This document shows, one piece after another, positions 50,471 through 58,531 of a stretch of DNA of 64,000 bases (positions within the stretch are counted from its first letter, which is position 1; each line of letters opens with the position of its first letter). The DNA comes from Candidatus Xenobia bacterium. Its GTDB lineage: Bacteria; Vulcanimicrobiota; Xenobia; Xenobiales; QWHO01. The notes beneath the pieces are model-generated. The model was not told the DNA's origin. It did no database searches and saw only the letters and a list, made by a program, of their open reading frames with translations. Both the position numbers and the translations under genes were made by a program. Location of the stretch: the NCBI GenBank assembly GCA_045863235.1, contig BTUM01000008.1, positions 59,574 through 123,573 on the forward strand, given 5' to 3'.

Positions 50471-52696
50471 TTACGAACGTCGGGAAGACGAGGAAGAGCG
50501 CCGGCGACGTCCTCCTCCGCTGCTCGAGGAGGCGGAACGTTGCCCGCCGCCACCCGAGCCACCCGAGCCACCTGAGCCGCTCGAGCGGCGGCGCCGACGA
50601 GAGCTGTCCGAATCGCCATCCGAAGCCCGGTAGCGCGAAGCAGCGGCCCGACTCGACTCGAGCAAAGCCAGCTTGGAATCGACCGGGGCTGGCTCATCGT
50701 CGTCGTCTCGAGTCCGACGGCCACGCGGCTCGTCATAGTAGTCCTCGTCGTGATAACGAGGGGCTGGCTCGCTGCGGCGGTAATCGTCCTCGTAAGAGGG
50801 TGGCGCGCTCCTGCTACCGCTCCGGCTCCCGCTCCCACCCCCGCTTGTGCTGGCGCTACTGCGACCGCGCCGCCCGCGGCCCGAGCTTTCGTAGGCTCCG
50901 GTTTCCACGCTCGATTCGCGCGCAGAGCGGTACCGGTCGTCGCGTCCTCGACCCGAGCGAGGGGCCTCCTCGCGACTGTACTCCTCCCGCTCGCGATAAG
51001 CGGGCGGCTCGTCACGATAATCCTCTCGCTCATAGCGGGGCGAATAGTCTTCTCGCTCGTAGTCGTCATAGTAGCGGCGAGTCGAGCTCTCCTCGTATCG
51101 ATCGTCGGGCGGGTAAGCAGCCGCTCGCTCGGAAGTCGAGGTGCGGCTCTCTGCTTCGGAATCACGCCGACTGCGACGGCGCCGACGCGAGCGACTGGAA
51201 GTGCGCTCCTCTTCGGGCTCGTGAGTCGAGACGTGGCGGGTCTCGACCGGAGGAGCATCGTCCTCCTGACCTCGCCGACGGCGACGGCGGCGCTTGGAGC
51301 GCCCGTCCCCCCGCTCGGAAGCGGTCGCAGGCTCTTGCTGCTGGTCGTAGTGCACCTCGAGGTCTGACTCCACGTTGAAGTGGCGCCCGCGCAGAGCTCC
51401 GTTTCGCCGGGTGCCGCCACGCCCAGAGCGGCTCTCCTTCTCTCGTGGAGCGCGCTCGGCCGGAGCCACCGCGCCTCCCATGCCGAGTCGACTGGCCAGC
51501 CGGTGGGCCAGTTCGCTCAGGTTGTAGCGATCCTTGTGGTCGCTGTGACGGTCGTGAACCTGGGCCACGCCCCGGATAGCGTCCTTCTCGCTCAACAGAA
51601 CGAGGAAACGAGGAGCCTCGGGAGCTTCCTCTCCGCCCAGCGCCATTTCAGCGTAAATCCCAGCCTCGCGCAGCACATTCAGAACCGGCATCAGAAGACG
51701 GGTGGCTTCCTCGCCTTCCGGCTGCAGGTAAACCGATGGAGAGGGCCGCGTGAACTCGCCGGGCACAGCTTCCAGAATCGCTTCCAGTTGGAGGGCAAAG
51801 CCGACGGCCGGGGTATCCGGTCCACCCAGGGTCTCCACCAGGCCATCATAACGACCACCGGTGCCCAGCACCGATTCGCCGTGTCGAACCTGGAAGATTG
51901 TGCGGTTGTAATACTCCAGGTCGCGCACCACGCGCGGATTCAGGTCGTGAGGAATCTTCATCTCGGCCAGATAGGCCTTGAGCTGACTGAAATGCTGCTT
52001 ACAGGCCGGGCAGAGCAGGCCGAACATGGTGGGGGCCACCTGCCCGAGCTCAGCGCAACTCTTCTCGTTGCAACCCAGCGTCCAGAGCGGATGAGTCTTG
52101 TGCTTGCGCTTGCAAGTTCCACAAAGCTCGTTGGAATGGGACGAGAAGTACTCCTTGAGAACCTCATGGTAAGCCGGGCGACACTTGTCGCATCCCAACG
52201 AGTTGAGCTCGAAGACCACGTCGCTCAAGCCGATGCGCTTGAGGAACGCCCAGGCCAGGGCGATCACCTCGGCATCCTGGGCCGGGTGGGGCGAACCCAG
52301 AGCTTCGACCCCGAACTGGTGGCTCTGTCGGCTGCCTTCCTCGGTCTCCCGGCCGATCAGGAAGACGGGGGCCAGGTAGTAGAACTTGCTGACGCCCTGG
52401 TTCTTCTCGTTGAGGTTGTTCTCATAGTAAGCGCGTACCACCGAAGCGGTGACATCGGCTCGCAAGGCCAGCTTCTGGCCAAACTTGTCGTGGAAGGTCC
52501 AGAGCTCGCGCTCGACGAGCCCGGCCAGGACTCCCATCCCCCTCACGAAAAGCTCCGCCTTTTCGAACAGAGGGGTTCGAATCTCGAGATAACCGTATTG
52601 CTGACTGAGTAACCGGGCCTGACTCTCGATCAGTTGCCAGCGGGATGTCTCTTCCGGTAGTAGATCACGGGTGCCACGCACCGCTCGGACAGACAT
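50471..52696 (-). CDS. histidyl-tRNA-synthetase-like protein, ATP site degenerate, with long disordered C-terminal tail
   Basis: RGTRDLLP, EIRTPLFE, HQFGVE, VRDLEYY, GGRYDGL, PAVGFA identify the HisRS fold; motif 2 and motif 3 arginines are missing; GGAGG SD. Confidence 0.88.
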   Translation of the reverse strand: MSVRAVRGTRDLLPEETSRWQLIESQARLLSQQYGYLEIRTPLFEKAELFVRGMGVLAGLVERELWTFHDKFGQKLALRADVTASVVRAYYENNLNEKNQGVSKFYYLAPVFLIGRETEEGSRQSHQFGVEALGSPHPAQDAEVIALAWAFLKRIGLSDVVFELNSLGCDKCRPAYHEVLKEYFSSHSNELCGTCKRKHKTHPLWTLGCNEKSCAELGQVAPTMFGLLCPACKQHFSQLKAYLAEMKIPHDLNPRVVRDLEYYNRTIFQVRHGESVLGTGGRYDGLVETLGGPDTPAVGFALQLEAILEAVPGEFTRPSPSVYLQPEGEEATRLLMPVLNVLREAGIYAEMALGGEEAPEAPRFLVLLSEKDAIRGVAQVHDRHSDHKDRYNLSELAHRLASRLGMGGAVAPAERAPREKESRSGRGGTRRNGALRGRHFNVESDLEVHYDQQQEPATASERGDGRSKRRRRRRRGQEDDAPPVETRHVSTHEPEEERTSSRSRRRRRSRRDSEAESRTSTSERAAAYPPDDRYEESSTRRYYDDYEREDYSPRYEREDYRDEPPAYREREEYSREEAPRSGRGRDDRYRSARESSVETGAYESSGRGRRGRSSASTSGGGSGSRSGSRSAPPSYEDDYRRSEPAPRYHDEDYYDEPRGRRTRDDDDEPAPVDSKLALLESSRAAASRYRASDGDSDSSRRRRRSSGSGGSGGSGGGGQRSASSSSGGGRRRRSSSSSRRS

Positions 52697-53119
52697 GATT
52701 CACAAACCTCCGCGGATGAGGGACCGGGCGCATGGCTTGCGCGCCGACGAAGTCCCTTCGATAATGGTGGGCGCCGGCCGTGCCACTCGGGGAGGATGCT
52801 CGCGATCGTCTCAGTGTCTGCGACCTTTCGTCTCGCAGAAAGGATGGCGCGACAAAGGCCGGTGAACGTGGTTCCACGATACCTGACGTTTCACTATTCA
52901 GTTTGCGCCGAATCGGCTCTCTCTTTGTCGCCATCGGTTGCTCGCGTCGGAGCATTCCCCTTCGGTATCAGGGCATCGGACCCTGGGGATGTCGGGGTAG
53001 GTTAACCCGGCGGCCTGGAGGGGAAAGTGGCCTGCTTTCCACGCTGTCATCGCAACGGCTACCCGACATTGAGTTGTTTCGGGGAAGAAGCCAAGTTTCC
53101 TCTCCGGCCAGGAATGGCC
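52697..53119 (-). ncRNA. candidate structured RNA / long leader upstream of the HisRS-like gene
   Basis: Several long complementary pairs (see findings); no convincing ORF; family not recognised; strand inferred from flanking genes. Confidence 0.45.
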
Positions 53120-54427
53120 TCAGGAAACGACCTCTTCGATCAATGGCCGCGGGCTGGTTGGGGTGGCTGCAATCGAGATAGCTTCGCCGATCAGAGCCCG
53201 AGAGGTCTGGAGTTGGGAACGGTCGTTGACGTGGAACGTCAGCAAAGGCTCTCCGGCTTCGACCCGATCGCCCAGGCGTTTGTGGAGGACAAGTCCGACG
53301 GCGTGATCGATGGGGTCGTCCTTGCGCAGTCGACCTGCCCCCAGCACCATCGCCGCGCGGCCCAGGGTCTCTGCCTGCAGACTTGCCACAAAGCCCGACT
53401 CAGGGGCCGGATAGTCCTCCAGGTGAGACGCGGTGGGCAAGAGTCCCGGGTCGTCCACCACCCGAGCGTCCCCTCCCTGGGCACTGATGAGTTCACGCAA
53501 CTTCTCGGCGGCCGCGCCGGACTGTATCAATCGGCCAGCCTCGGCGCGCGCAGCCGAAAGGTCCGACTGCAAACCGGCCATTTCCAGCAGATGAGCGGCC
53601 AACTCGCGGGCCACCTGAGCCAGCGCCGAATCTGCCCGCTGACCCTGGAGAATCTCAATGGCCTCACGAAACTCGAGCGCGTTGCCGATGTGCGTTCCCA
53701 AGGGTTGCTCCATATCCGACAGGGCGGCGCGAACCTTGCGACCCAGGCGCTTGCCAATGGCCACCATCGAGCGAGCCAGGCGACGGGCGTCTTCCAGATT
53801 CTTCATGAACGCCCCGTGACCAAACTTGACGTCCAGCAGGATCGCATCGGCGCCACAGGCGAGCTTCTTGCTCATGATCGAGCTGGCGATCAGGGGGATG
53901 GAATCCACCGTGGCGGTCACATCGCGCAGGGCGTACATCTTGCCATCGGCCGGCACCAGGCTCCCGGTCTGGCTGATGACGGCCACACCGATGCGGCGCA
54001 CCTGCTCGAGAAACTCCTCGGCTGACAGGTTGACGCGCAGCCCGGGCACAGACTCCATTTTGTCCAGCGTGCCTCCGGTGTGGCCCAGACCCCGCCCCGA
54101 CATCTTGGCCACCCGGGCCCCTGCGGCGGCAGCCAGTGGTGCTAGAACCAGCGTGGTCGTATCCCCCACCCCTCCGGTGGAGTGCTTGTCGACCTTGACG
54201 CCGGGGATACTGGAAAGGTCGACCGTGTCCCCCGATGCCACCATCGCCTCGGTGAGCCAGCCAGTCTCCTCGTCGGTCATGCCCCGAAGAAAGACTGCCA
54301 TCATCCAGGCCGACATCTGGTAGCTCTCCATGCGGCCAGCCACGAACTCGCTGATCAAGAAGCGGATTTCCTCGGCGCTGTGGGCCTCTCCGTCGCGCTT
54401 GCGTCGGATCAGGTCGTAGACCCTCAT
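53120..54427 (-). CDS. pdp: pyrimidine-nucleoside (thymidine) phosphorylase
   Basis: KRDG, DKHSTGGVGD, KMSGRGLGHTGGTLDK, ALRDVTATV, SIMSKK. Confidence 0.96.
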   Translation of the reverse strand: MRVYDLIRRKRDGEAHSAEEIRFLISEFVAGRMESYQMSAWMMAVFLRGMTDEETGWLTEAMVASGDTVDLSSIPGVKVDKHSTGGVGDTTTLVLAPLAAAAGARVAKMSGRGLGHTGGTLDKMESVPGLRVNLSAEEFLEQVRRIGVAVISQTGSLVPADGKMYALRDVTATVDSIPLIASSIMSKKLACGADAILLDVKFGHGAFMKNLEDARRLARSMVAIGKRLGRKVRAALSDMEQPLGTHIGNALEFREAIEILQGQRADSALAQVARELAAHLLEMAGLQSDLSAARAEAGRLIQSGAAAEKLRELISAQGGDARVVDDPGLLPTASHLEDYPAPESGFVASLQAETLGRAAMVLGAGRLRKDDPIDHAVGLVLHKRLGDRVEAGEPLLTFHVNDRSQLQTSRALIGEAISIAATPTSPRPLIEEVVS

Positions 54428-55263
54428 CGGGCCGGCACGCCCGGCATGGCCTTGACGACTCCCCGAACCAGGTTGATGAACCGGGGCCCGGCCTCGGCAG
54501 CGGTAGCCAGCACGTCCTCATGAGTATCTTCCGAGGGACCTCGATGCAAAACATTGGTCACACAGGAGATTCCCAGGACCCGCATCCCCTGGTGCCGTGC
54601 CACGATCACCTCGGGCACGGTAGACATTCCGATGGTGTCGGCTCCGATCATCCCAAAAAAGTGAATTTCGGCCGGGGTCTCGAAACTCGGGCCGGCCAAT
54701 CCCAGATACACTCCGTCTTTGATGCGGAACCCCTGACTGGAAGCCACCTTGTGAGCCAACTCTCGCAACTCCAGATCGTAAGCGCGCGACATGGGAGGAA
54801 AGCGCGGTCCCAGCCGCTCGTCATTCGGCCCTCGCAAAGGGTTGGCCCCCATCAAGTTGATGTGATCGGTGAGCAGCATCAGGTCACCGGGCACCAGATC
54901 GGAACGCACGCCCCCGCTGGCATTGGTGACGATCAACGTATGGGCGCCCAGCGCGCCCAGCAAGCGCACCCCAAAGGTGACCTCCTGCAGGCCATAGCCT
55001 TCGTAATAGTGCACCCGCCCCCGCATGACGGCCACTGGAGTGTCTTCCAACTGGCCCAACACCAGTTCACCCTGATGCCCGACCACGGTGGAACGGGGCA
55101 GACAAGGAATCTCTTCGTAGGGGATCCGCTGCGCGCTGGCCACGTCATCAGCCAGCTTCCCCAGGCCAGAGCCAAGAATCAGGGCGACTTCGGGCTTGAA
55201 GTCCCCCACGCGTTTGCGAACCTGCTCCACAGCTGCCTGAATCTTATCGTAGTCGTCGACCAA
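54424..55263 (-). CDS. punA: purine-nucleoside phosphorylase (trimeric type); start uncertain (TTG 55263)
   Basis: ILGSGLG, GRVHYYEG, TNASGG, DHIN, GPSFETPAE, GMSTVPE, VTN. Confidence 0.93.
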   Translation of the reverse strand: MVDDYDKIQAAVEQVRKRVGDFKPEVALILGSGLGKLADDVASAQRIPYEEIPCLPRSTVVGHQGELVLGQLEDTPVAVMRGRVHYYEGYGLQEVTFGVRLLGALGAHTLIVTNASGGVRSDLVPGDLMLLTDHINLMGANPLRGPNDERLGPRFPPMSRAYDLELRELAHKVASSQGFRIKDGVYLGLAGPSFETPAEIHFFGMIGADTIGMSTVPEVIVARHQGMRVLGISCVTNVLHRGPSEDTHEDVLATAAEAGPRFINLVRGVVKAMPGVPAR

Positions 55264-55468
55264 GAAATCGTGTCGTCCTTTCCATTCTCGTTCCCAGGCT
55301 CTGCGCTGCCAACCGTGCAAAGGCCGGCGCCTGATGAGCCCCGTTTTCCGCCTCGGCCCTCTTTACCTGTTGGAGCAAATCGTCTATCATGATCTTGCTC
55401 ACGGCGGGGGACGTGTTTCCAACACTCCTAGAGGTTTTTCCCTTCTTCCCCGCCGCGGGCGCTTTTCT

Positions 55469-55945
55469 TTACTCGGCCTGCTCGAGGGTAGGGCGGAATT
55501 TTTCGAGCACCTTGAGCTCTTCCGCGAAGCGACTGACATCCTTGAATTCCTTGTAAACCGAAGCGAAGCGCACATAGGCAACCTCATCCAGGTCGCGCAG
55601 GGTGTTCATGACCATCTCCCCGATCTCCTGACCCGAGATCTCGGATTCACCCCGATAACGCAGGGTCTGCTCGATCTGATTGACGGCCTGCTCCATCTGC
55701 TCGAAGCTGACGGGGCGCTTTTGACAGGCTCGCAGGACTCCGTTCAAAACCTTGCTGCGGTCGAACTTCTCCCGGCGGCGATCCTTCTTGACCACCATCA
55801 GCAGAGTTTCCTCGAAGCGCTCGTAAGTCGTAAATCGCCGCCCGCAAGCCTCGCACTCGCGACGGCGACGAATGGACTGATCGTCCTCGGTCACCCGCGA
55901 ATCGACAACTTTGGTTTGCAGGTGCTCACAATACGGACAACGCAG
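55469..55945 (-). CDS. nrdR: transcriptional repressor NrdR (CTG start)
   Basis: (M)RCPYC..TKVVDSR, IRRRRECEAC.RRFTTYE, VVKKD ATP cone, LDEVAYVRFASVY. Confidence 0.93.
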   Translation of the reverse strand: MRCPYCEHLQTKVVDSRVTEDDQSIRRRRECEACGRRFTTYERFEETLLMVVKKDRRREKFDRSKVLNGVLRACQKRPVSFEQMEQAVNQIEQTLRYRGESEISGQEIGEMVMNTLRDLDEVAYVRFASVYKEFKDVSRFAEELKVLEKFRPTLEQAE

Positions 55946-55946
55946 G

Positions 55947-57200
55947 TCAGAACACCTCGCTCAGCCAGCGACCGACCCGGGTCAACATGACCTTGACCTT
56001 GGACGGGCCACCCTCATCCTCGAGAGAATCCGCGCTGCGCACGGCTCGCCGGACAGCGGCGTGCAAAATCAGGCCCACGGCTGAGGAATAAATGGGCGAA
56101 GCCAGCGAGTCCATCAAGCCCGGGGGATAGCAGGGCGTCGCGATGCGGGCCGGAAGGCTCAACTCGCGGTGAGCCAGATGAGCGATCCCCGGCAACTGGG
56201 CCGTGCCCCCGGTAATGACCAGGTTGGTGACGACCAAACCCATTCGCTCAGCCAGCTGGATCTGCTTGCCCACCCAGTCGAAGACATCCAGCAGACGAGC
56301 CTCGAGCACTTCGGCCAGTTGGATGCGGGAGACGGGAACCTTCTGATCTCCGGCCAGGCTCAAGGCCTCCAGCATCTCGTCGTCACCCTCGTGATAGTCG
56401 GGCGAAGCGACCCCACGCTCGAGCTTGAGCCGCTCAGCCTCGGCCGGGGGAATCCGGAAGAAACGGGCAAGATCGTGGGTCAGGAAGTCGCCCGCCACCG
56501 GAAGCACCCCCGAATGGCCGATCTCTCCGTCACAGTAAACGGCCAGGTCGACCGTACCGGCCCCGATATCGATCATTGCCGTGCCCAGCTTGCGCTCTTC
56601 CTCGGTCATCACGGCCAGGGCCGAAGCGATGGAAGAGGCCACCATACCGTCATTCTCGACCTCCAGGCCAGCTTTCTGGACGCACTTGCGCATATTCTGC
56701 AAGAAGGCCGAGGCGGCAGCCACCACATGGGTGTTCACCTCCAACCGAATACCAGATAGGCCAACCGGATTGCGGATGCCGCTCTGGCCATCGACCGTAA
56801 AGCCACGAGGCACGATGTGAAGAATCTCGCGGTCCGAAGGAATGCCCACCATGCGTGCGGCATCGATCACGCGCCGCACGTCGGAACTGGTCACCTCGCC
56901 CTCGGGGCTGGAAATCGCCCACACGCCCTGAGCGGGCAAAGAGCGCAGATACTCACTGGAGAGACTCAGGTAGACCGGACCGACAGGATAACCGGCCTGC
57001 TTCTCAGCATCGCCCACGGCCTCTTCAATCGAGCGAACCGTTTCTTCGGGGTCGACCAGGGCGCCTTTGCGCAGACCAAGGCAGGGGCTGACTCCGTGCG
57101 AAACGACCTCCAGCTCGCCACCGGCATCGAGCTCTGCGATCACGCAAGCCACTTTGCTCGTGCCGATGTCGACGGCGGTAAGAACTTCCATCCTGGGCAT
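55947..57200 (-). CDS. ftsA: cell division protein FtsA
   Basis: DIGTSKV, GLRKG, F.VDG...I.NPVG..G.RLE, IDIGAGT, AERLK, ITGG, C-terminal amphipathic W..EVF. Confidence 0.95.
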   Translation of the reverse strand: MPRMEVLTAVDIGTSKVACVIAELDAGGELEVVSHGVSPCLGLRKGALVDPEETVRSIEEAVGDAEKQAGYPVGPVYLSLSSEYLRSLPAQGVWAISSPEGEVTSSDVRRVIDAARMVGIPSDREILHIVPRGFTVDGQSGIRNPVGLSGIRLEVNTHVVAAASAFLQNMRKCVQKAGLEVENDGMVASSIASALAVMTEEERKLGTAMIDIGAGTVDLAVYCDGEIGHSGVLPVAGDFLTHDLARFFRIPPAEAERLKLERGVASPDYHEGDDEMLEALSLAGDQKVPVSRIQLAEVLEARLLDVFDWVGKQIQLAERMGLVVTNLVITGGTAQLPGIAHLAHRELSLPARIATPCYPPGLMDSLASPIYSSAVGLILHAAVRRAVRSADSLEDEGGPSKVKVMLTRVGRWLSEVF

Positions 57201-57371
57201 ACTTGCACCCCTCAAAGGGTAGTCTCTGGTGTAGCTGGCAAGCTCGCTGCACGCTTACTTGCGGTGTTGGCCTAATTGGTTCGGGCCGGCTCTTGAATTT
57301 CCTTCCAGGCCAGAAGAAAAAGCCCGACGATCCGCGCTCTGGGTTTCTTGGAGCGGGCCCGCGACTCCTCG

Positions 57372-57400
57372 TTGACAGCGACCGGGGCTTGTGCTAGCAT
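57372..57400 (+). promoter_or_regulatory. sigma70 promoter of rplU
   Basis: TTGACA (57372-57377), 17 bp, TGcTAGCAT (-10 at 57395-57400). Confidence 0.7.
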
Positions 57401-57440
57401 ACCCCGGCTGTATTTTATCGTGCGGCGCAGAAGCCAATTC

Positions 57441-57524
57441 AGCGACGACAGGAGCGGTCGACGGAGTTAGCGGCGACAGGAGCGGTCGACGGAATTAGCG
57501 ACGACGGGAGCGGCCGACAGAATT
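57441..57524 (+). repeat. 3 x 28-bp non-coding tandem repeat in rplU 5' leader
   Basis: AGCGACGACAGGAGCGGTCGACGGAGTT / AGCGGCGACAGGAGCGGTCGACGGAATT / AGCGACGACGGGAGCGGCCGACAGAATT. Confidence 0.9.
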
Positions 57525-57562
57525 TGGCAAGCTTCCATAGTTCAGGCGGAGGAATCAAGACA

Positions 57563-57874
57563 ATGTATGCCGTGGTGGAGACCGGAGGAAAGCAGTATCG
57601 AGTGACGGCCGGTCAGACCGTGCGAGTCGAGAAGTTGCTCGGAGAGCCGGGCTCCTCGATTTCGCTGGAGAAGGTTCTGTCGGGTGGCGTCGGAAGCGAT
57701 ACCAGGGTGGGTGATCCCTACCTGGCCGGCGCTCGCGTCGAGGCCGAGATTCTCGCTCACGACAAGGGCCGTAAGGTGATCGTCTTCAAATACAAGAAGC
57801 GCAAGCGCTATCGCGTCAAGAACGGCCATCGCCAGCCCTACACAGCGCTGCGCATCAAGTCCATCAACCTGTAA
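57563..57874 (+). CDS. rplU: 50S ribosomal protein L21
   Basis: MYAVVETGGKQYRV, KVIVFKYK, GHRQPYT. Confidence 0.98.
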   Translation: MYAVVETGGKQYRVTAGQTVRVEKLLGEPGSSISLEKVLSGGVGSDTRVGDPYLAGARVEAEILAHDKGRKVIVFKYKKRKRYRVKNGHRQPYTALRIKSINL

Positions 57875-58240
57875 TTGATTCGCGTCAGCCTGCGGCGCGA
57901 CGCCTCGGGCCGGGTGCAGGAGCTGGCCTGTCGTGGCCACGCTCGTTTCTCACAGCCGGGCCAGGATCTGGTCTGCGCAGGTGTTTCGGCCGTTCTGGGC
58001 GCCCTGGGATTGGGGCTGACCGAGGTGGCCCGATTGCCGGTTTCCCTGCAAGCCGGTGACGGGCTGTTTGTCGTCCGGCGTCCGGCCCGCTGGCACGACT
58101 CGGCCTGGGACCTTCTGCTGGAAACCACGGTCCGGGCCCTGCAAGACCTCGAGCGGCACTACCCGGGCTTCGTGCGCCTGCGACGACTCAAGCCTCGCGG
58201 GATTCGCGCCACTGACGTGGAAGACCAGCCCACAGACTGA
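57875..58240 (+). CDS. prp: ribosomal-processing cysteine protease Prp (YsxB/DUF464)
   Basis: GHA..G.DLVCAGVS His/Cys motif; YP near the end; directly after rplU. Confidence 0.88.
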   Translation: MIRVSLRRDASGRVQELACRGHARFSQPGQDLVCAGVSAVLGALGLGLTEVARLPVSLQAGDGLFVVRRPARWHDSAWDLLLETTVRALQDLERHYPGFVRLRRLKPRGIRATDVEDQPTD

Positions 58241-58254
58241 ATCTGGAGGACGCC

Positions 58255-58482
58255 ATGGAAGCTCTTGATCGCAGCGAAGTTGAGGTTCTCGATCTCGACG
58301 ACGAAGGCGGGCCCGACCCATTCTCTCCCGAGCGCCTGATCGGCGTGGCCGTCTTGGGCGCAGTCAGCTCGCTGCTGCTGTACTATCTCTTCAACCAGCT
58401 CGACCCCGAGCGTCGCGACTCGATCAAAGAAGGCATCATGGCCAGTCTCAAGAGCCAGGTGCGCCGCTGGGGCGAGGCTTGA
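58255..58482 (+). CDS. small single-TM hypothetical protein
   Basis: GGAGG SD; acidic N-terminus, one hydrophobic helix. Confidence 0.7.
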   Translation: MEALDRSEVEVLDLDDEGGPDPFSPERLIGVAVLGAVSSLLLYYLFNQLDPERRDSIKEGIMASLKSQVRRWGEA

Positions 58483-58531
58483 GCTGATCGACACGGTCCC
58501 CGACCCCACTCCCTCCTTTCGCCGCAGTTTC

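Noticed and set aside
50471-52696. HisZ, or an ordinary hisS
   Set aside because: No hisG or his operon nearby and it keeps the HisRS-type Cys insertion and C-terminal region (against HisZ); ATP-binding arginines are absent (against ordinary hisS), so no gene symbol was assigned.
52815-52842. TGCGAGACGAAAGGTCGCA (minus strand) as group II intron domain V
   Set aside because: No AGC/CGC catalytic triad stem, no domain VI and no reverse transcriptase.
52665-52955. 96-aa ORF as a His leader peptide
   Set aside because: Only scattered His codons, atypical codon usage, overlaps the downstream start and coincides with RNA stems; not fully excluded.
57441-57524. 28-bp repeats as a CRISPR array
   Set aside because: Units are contiguous with no unique spacers, and there are no cas genes in the window.
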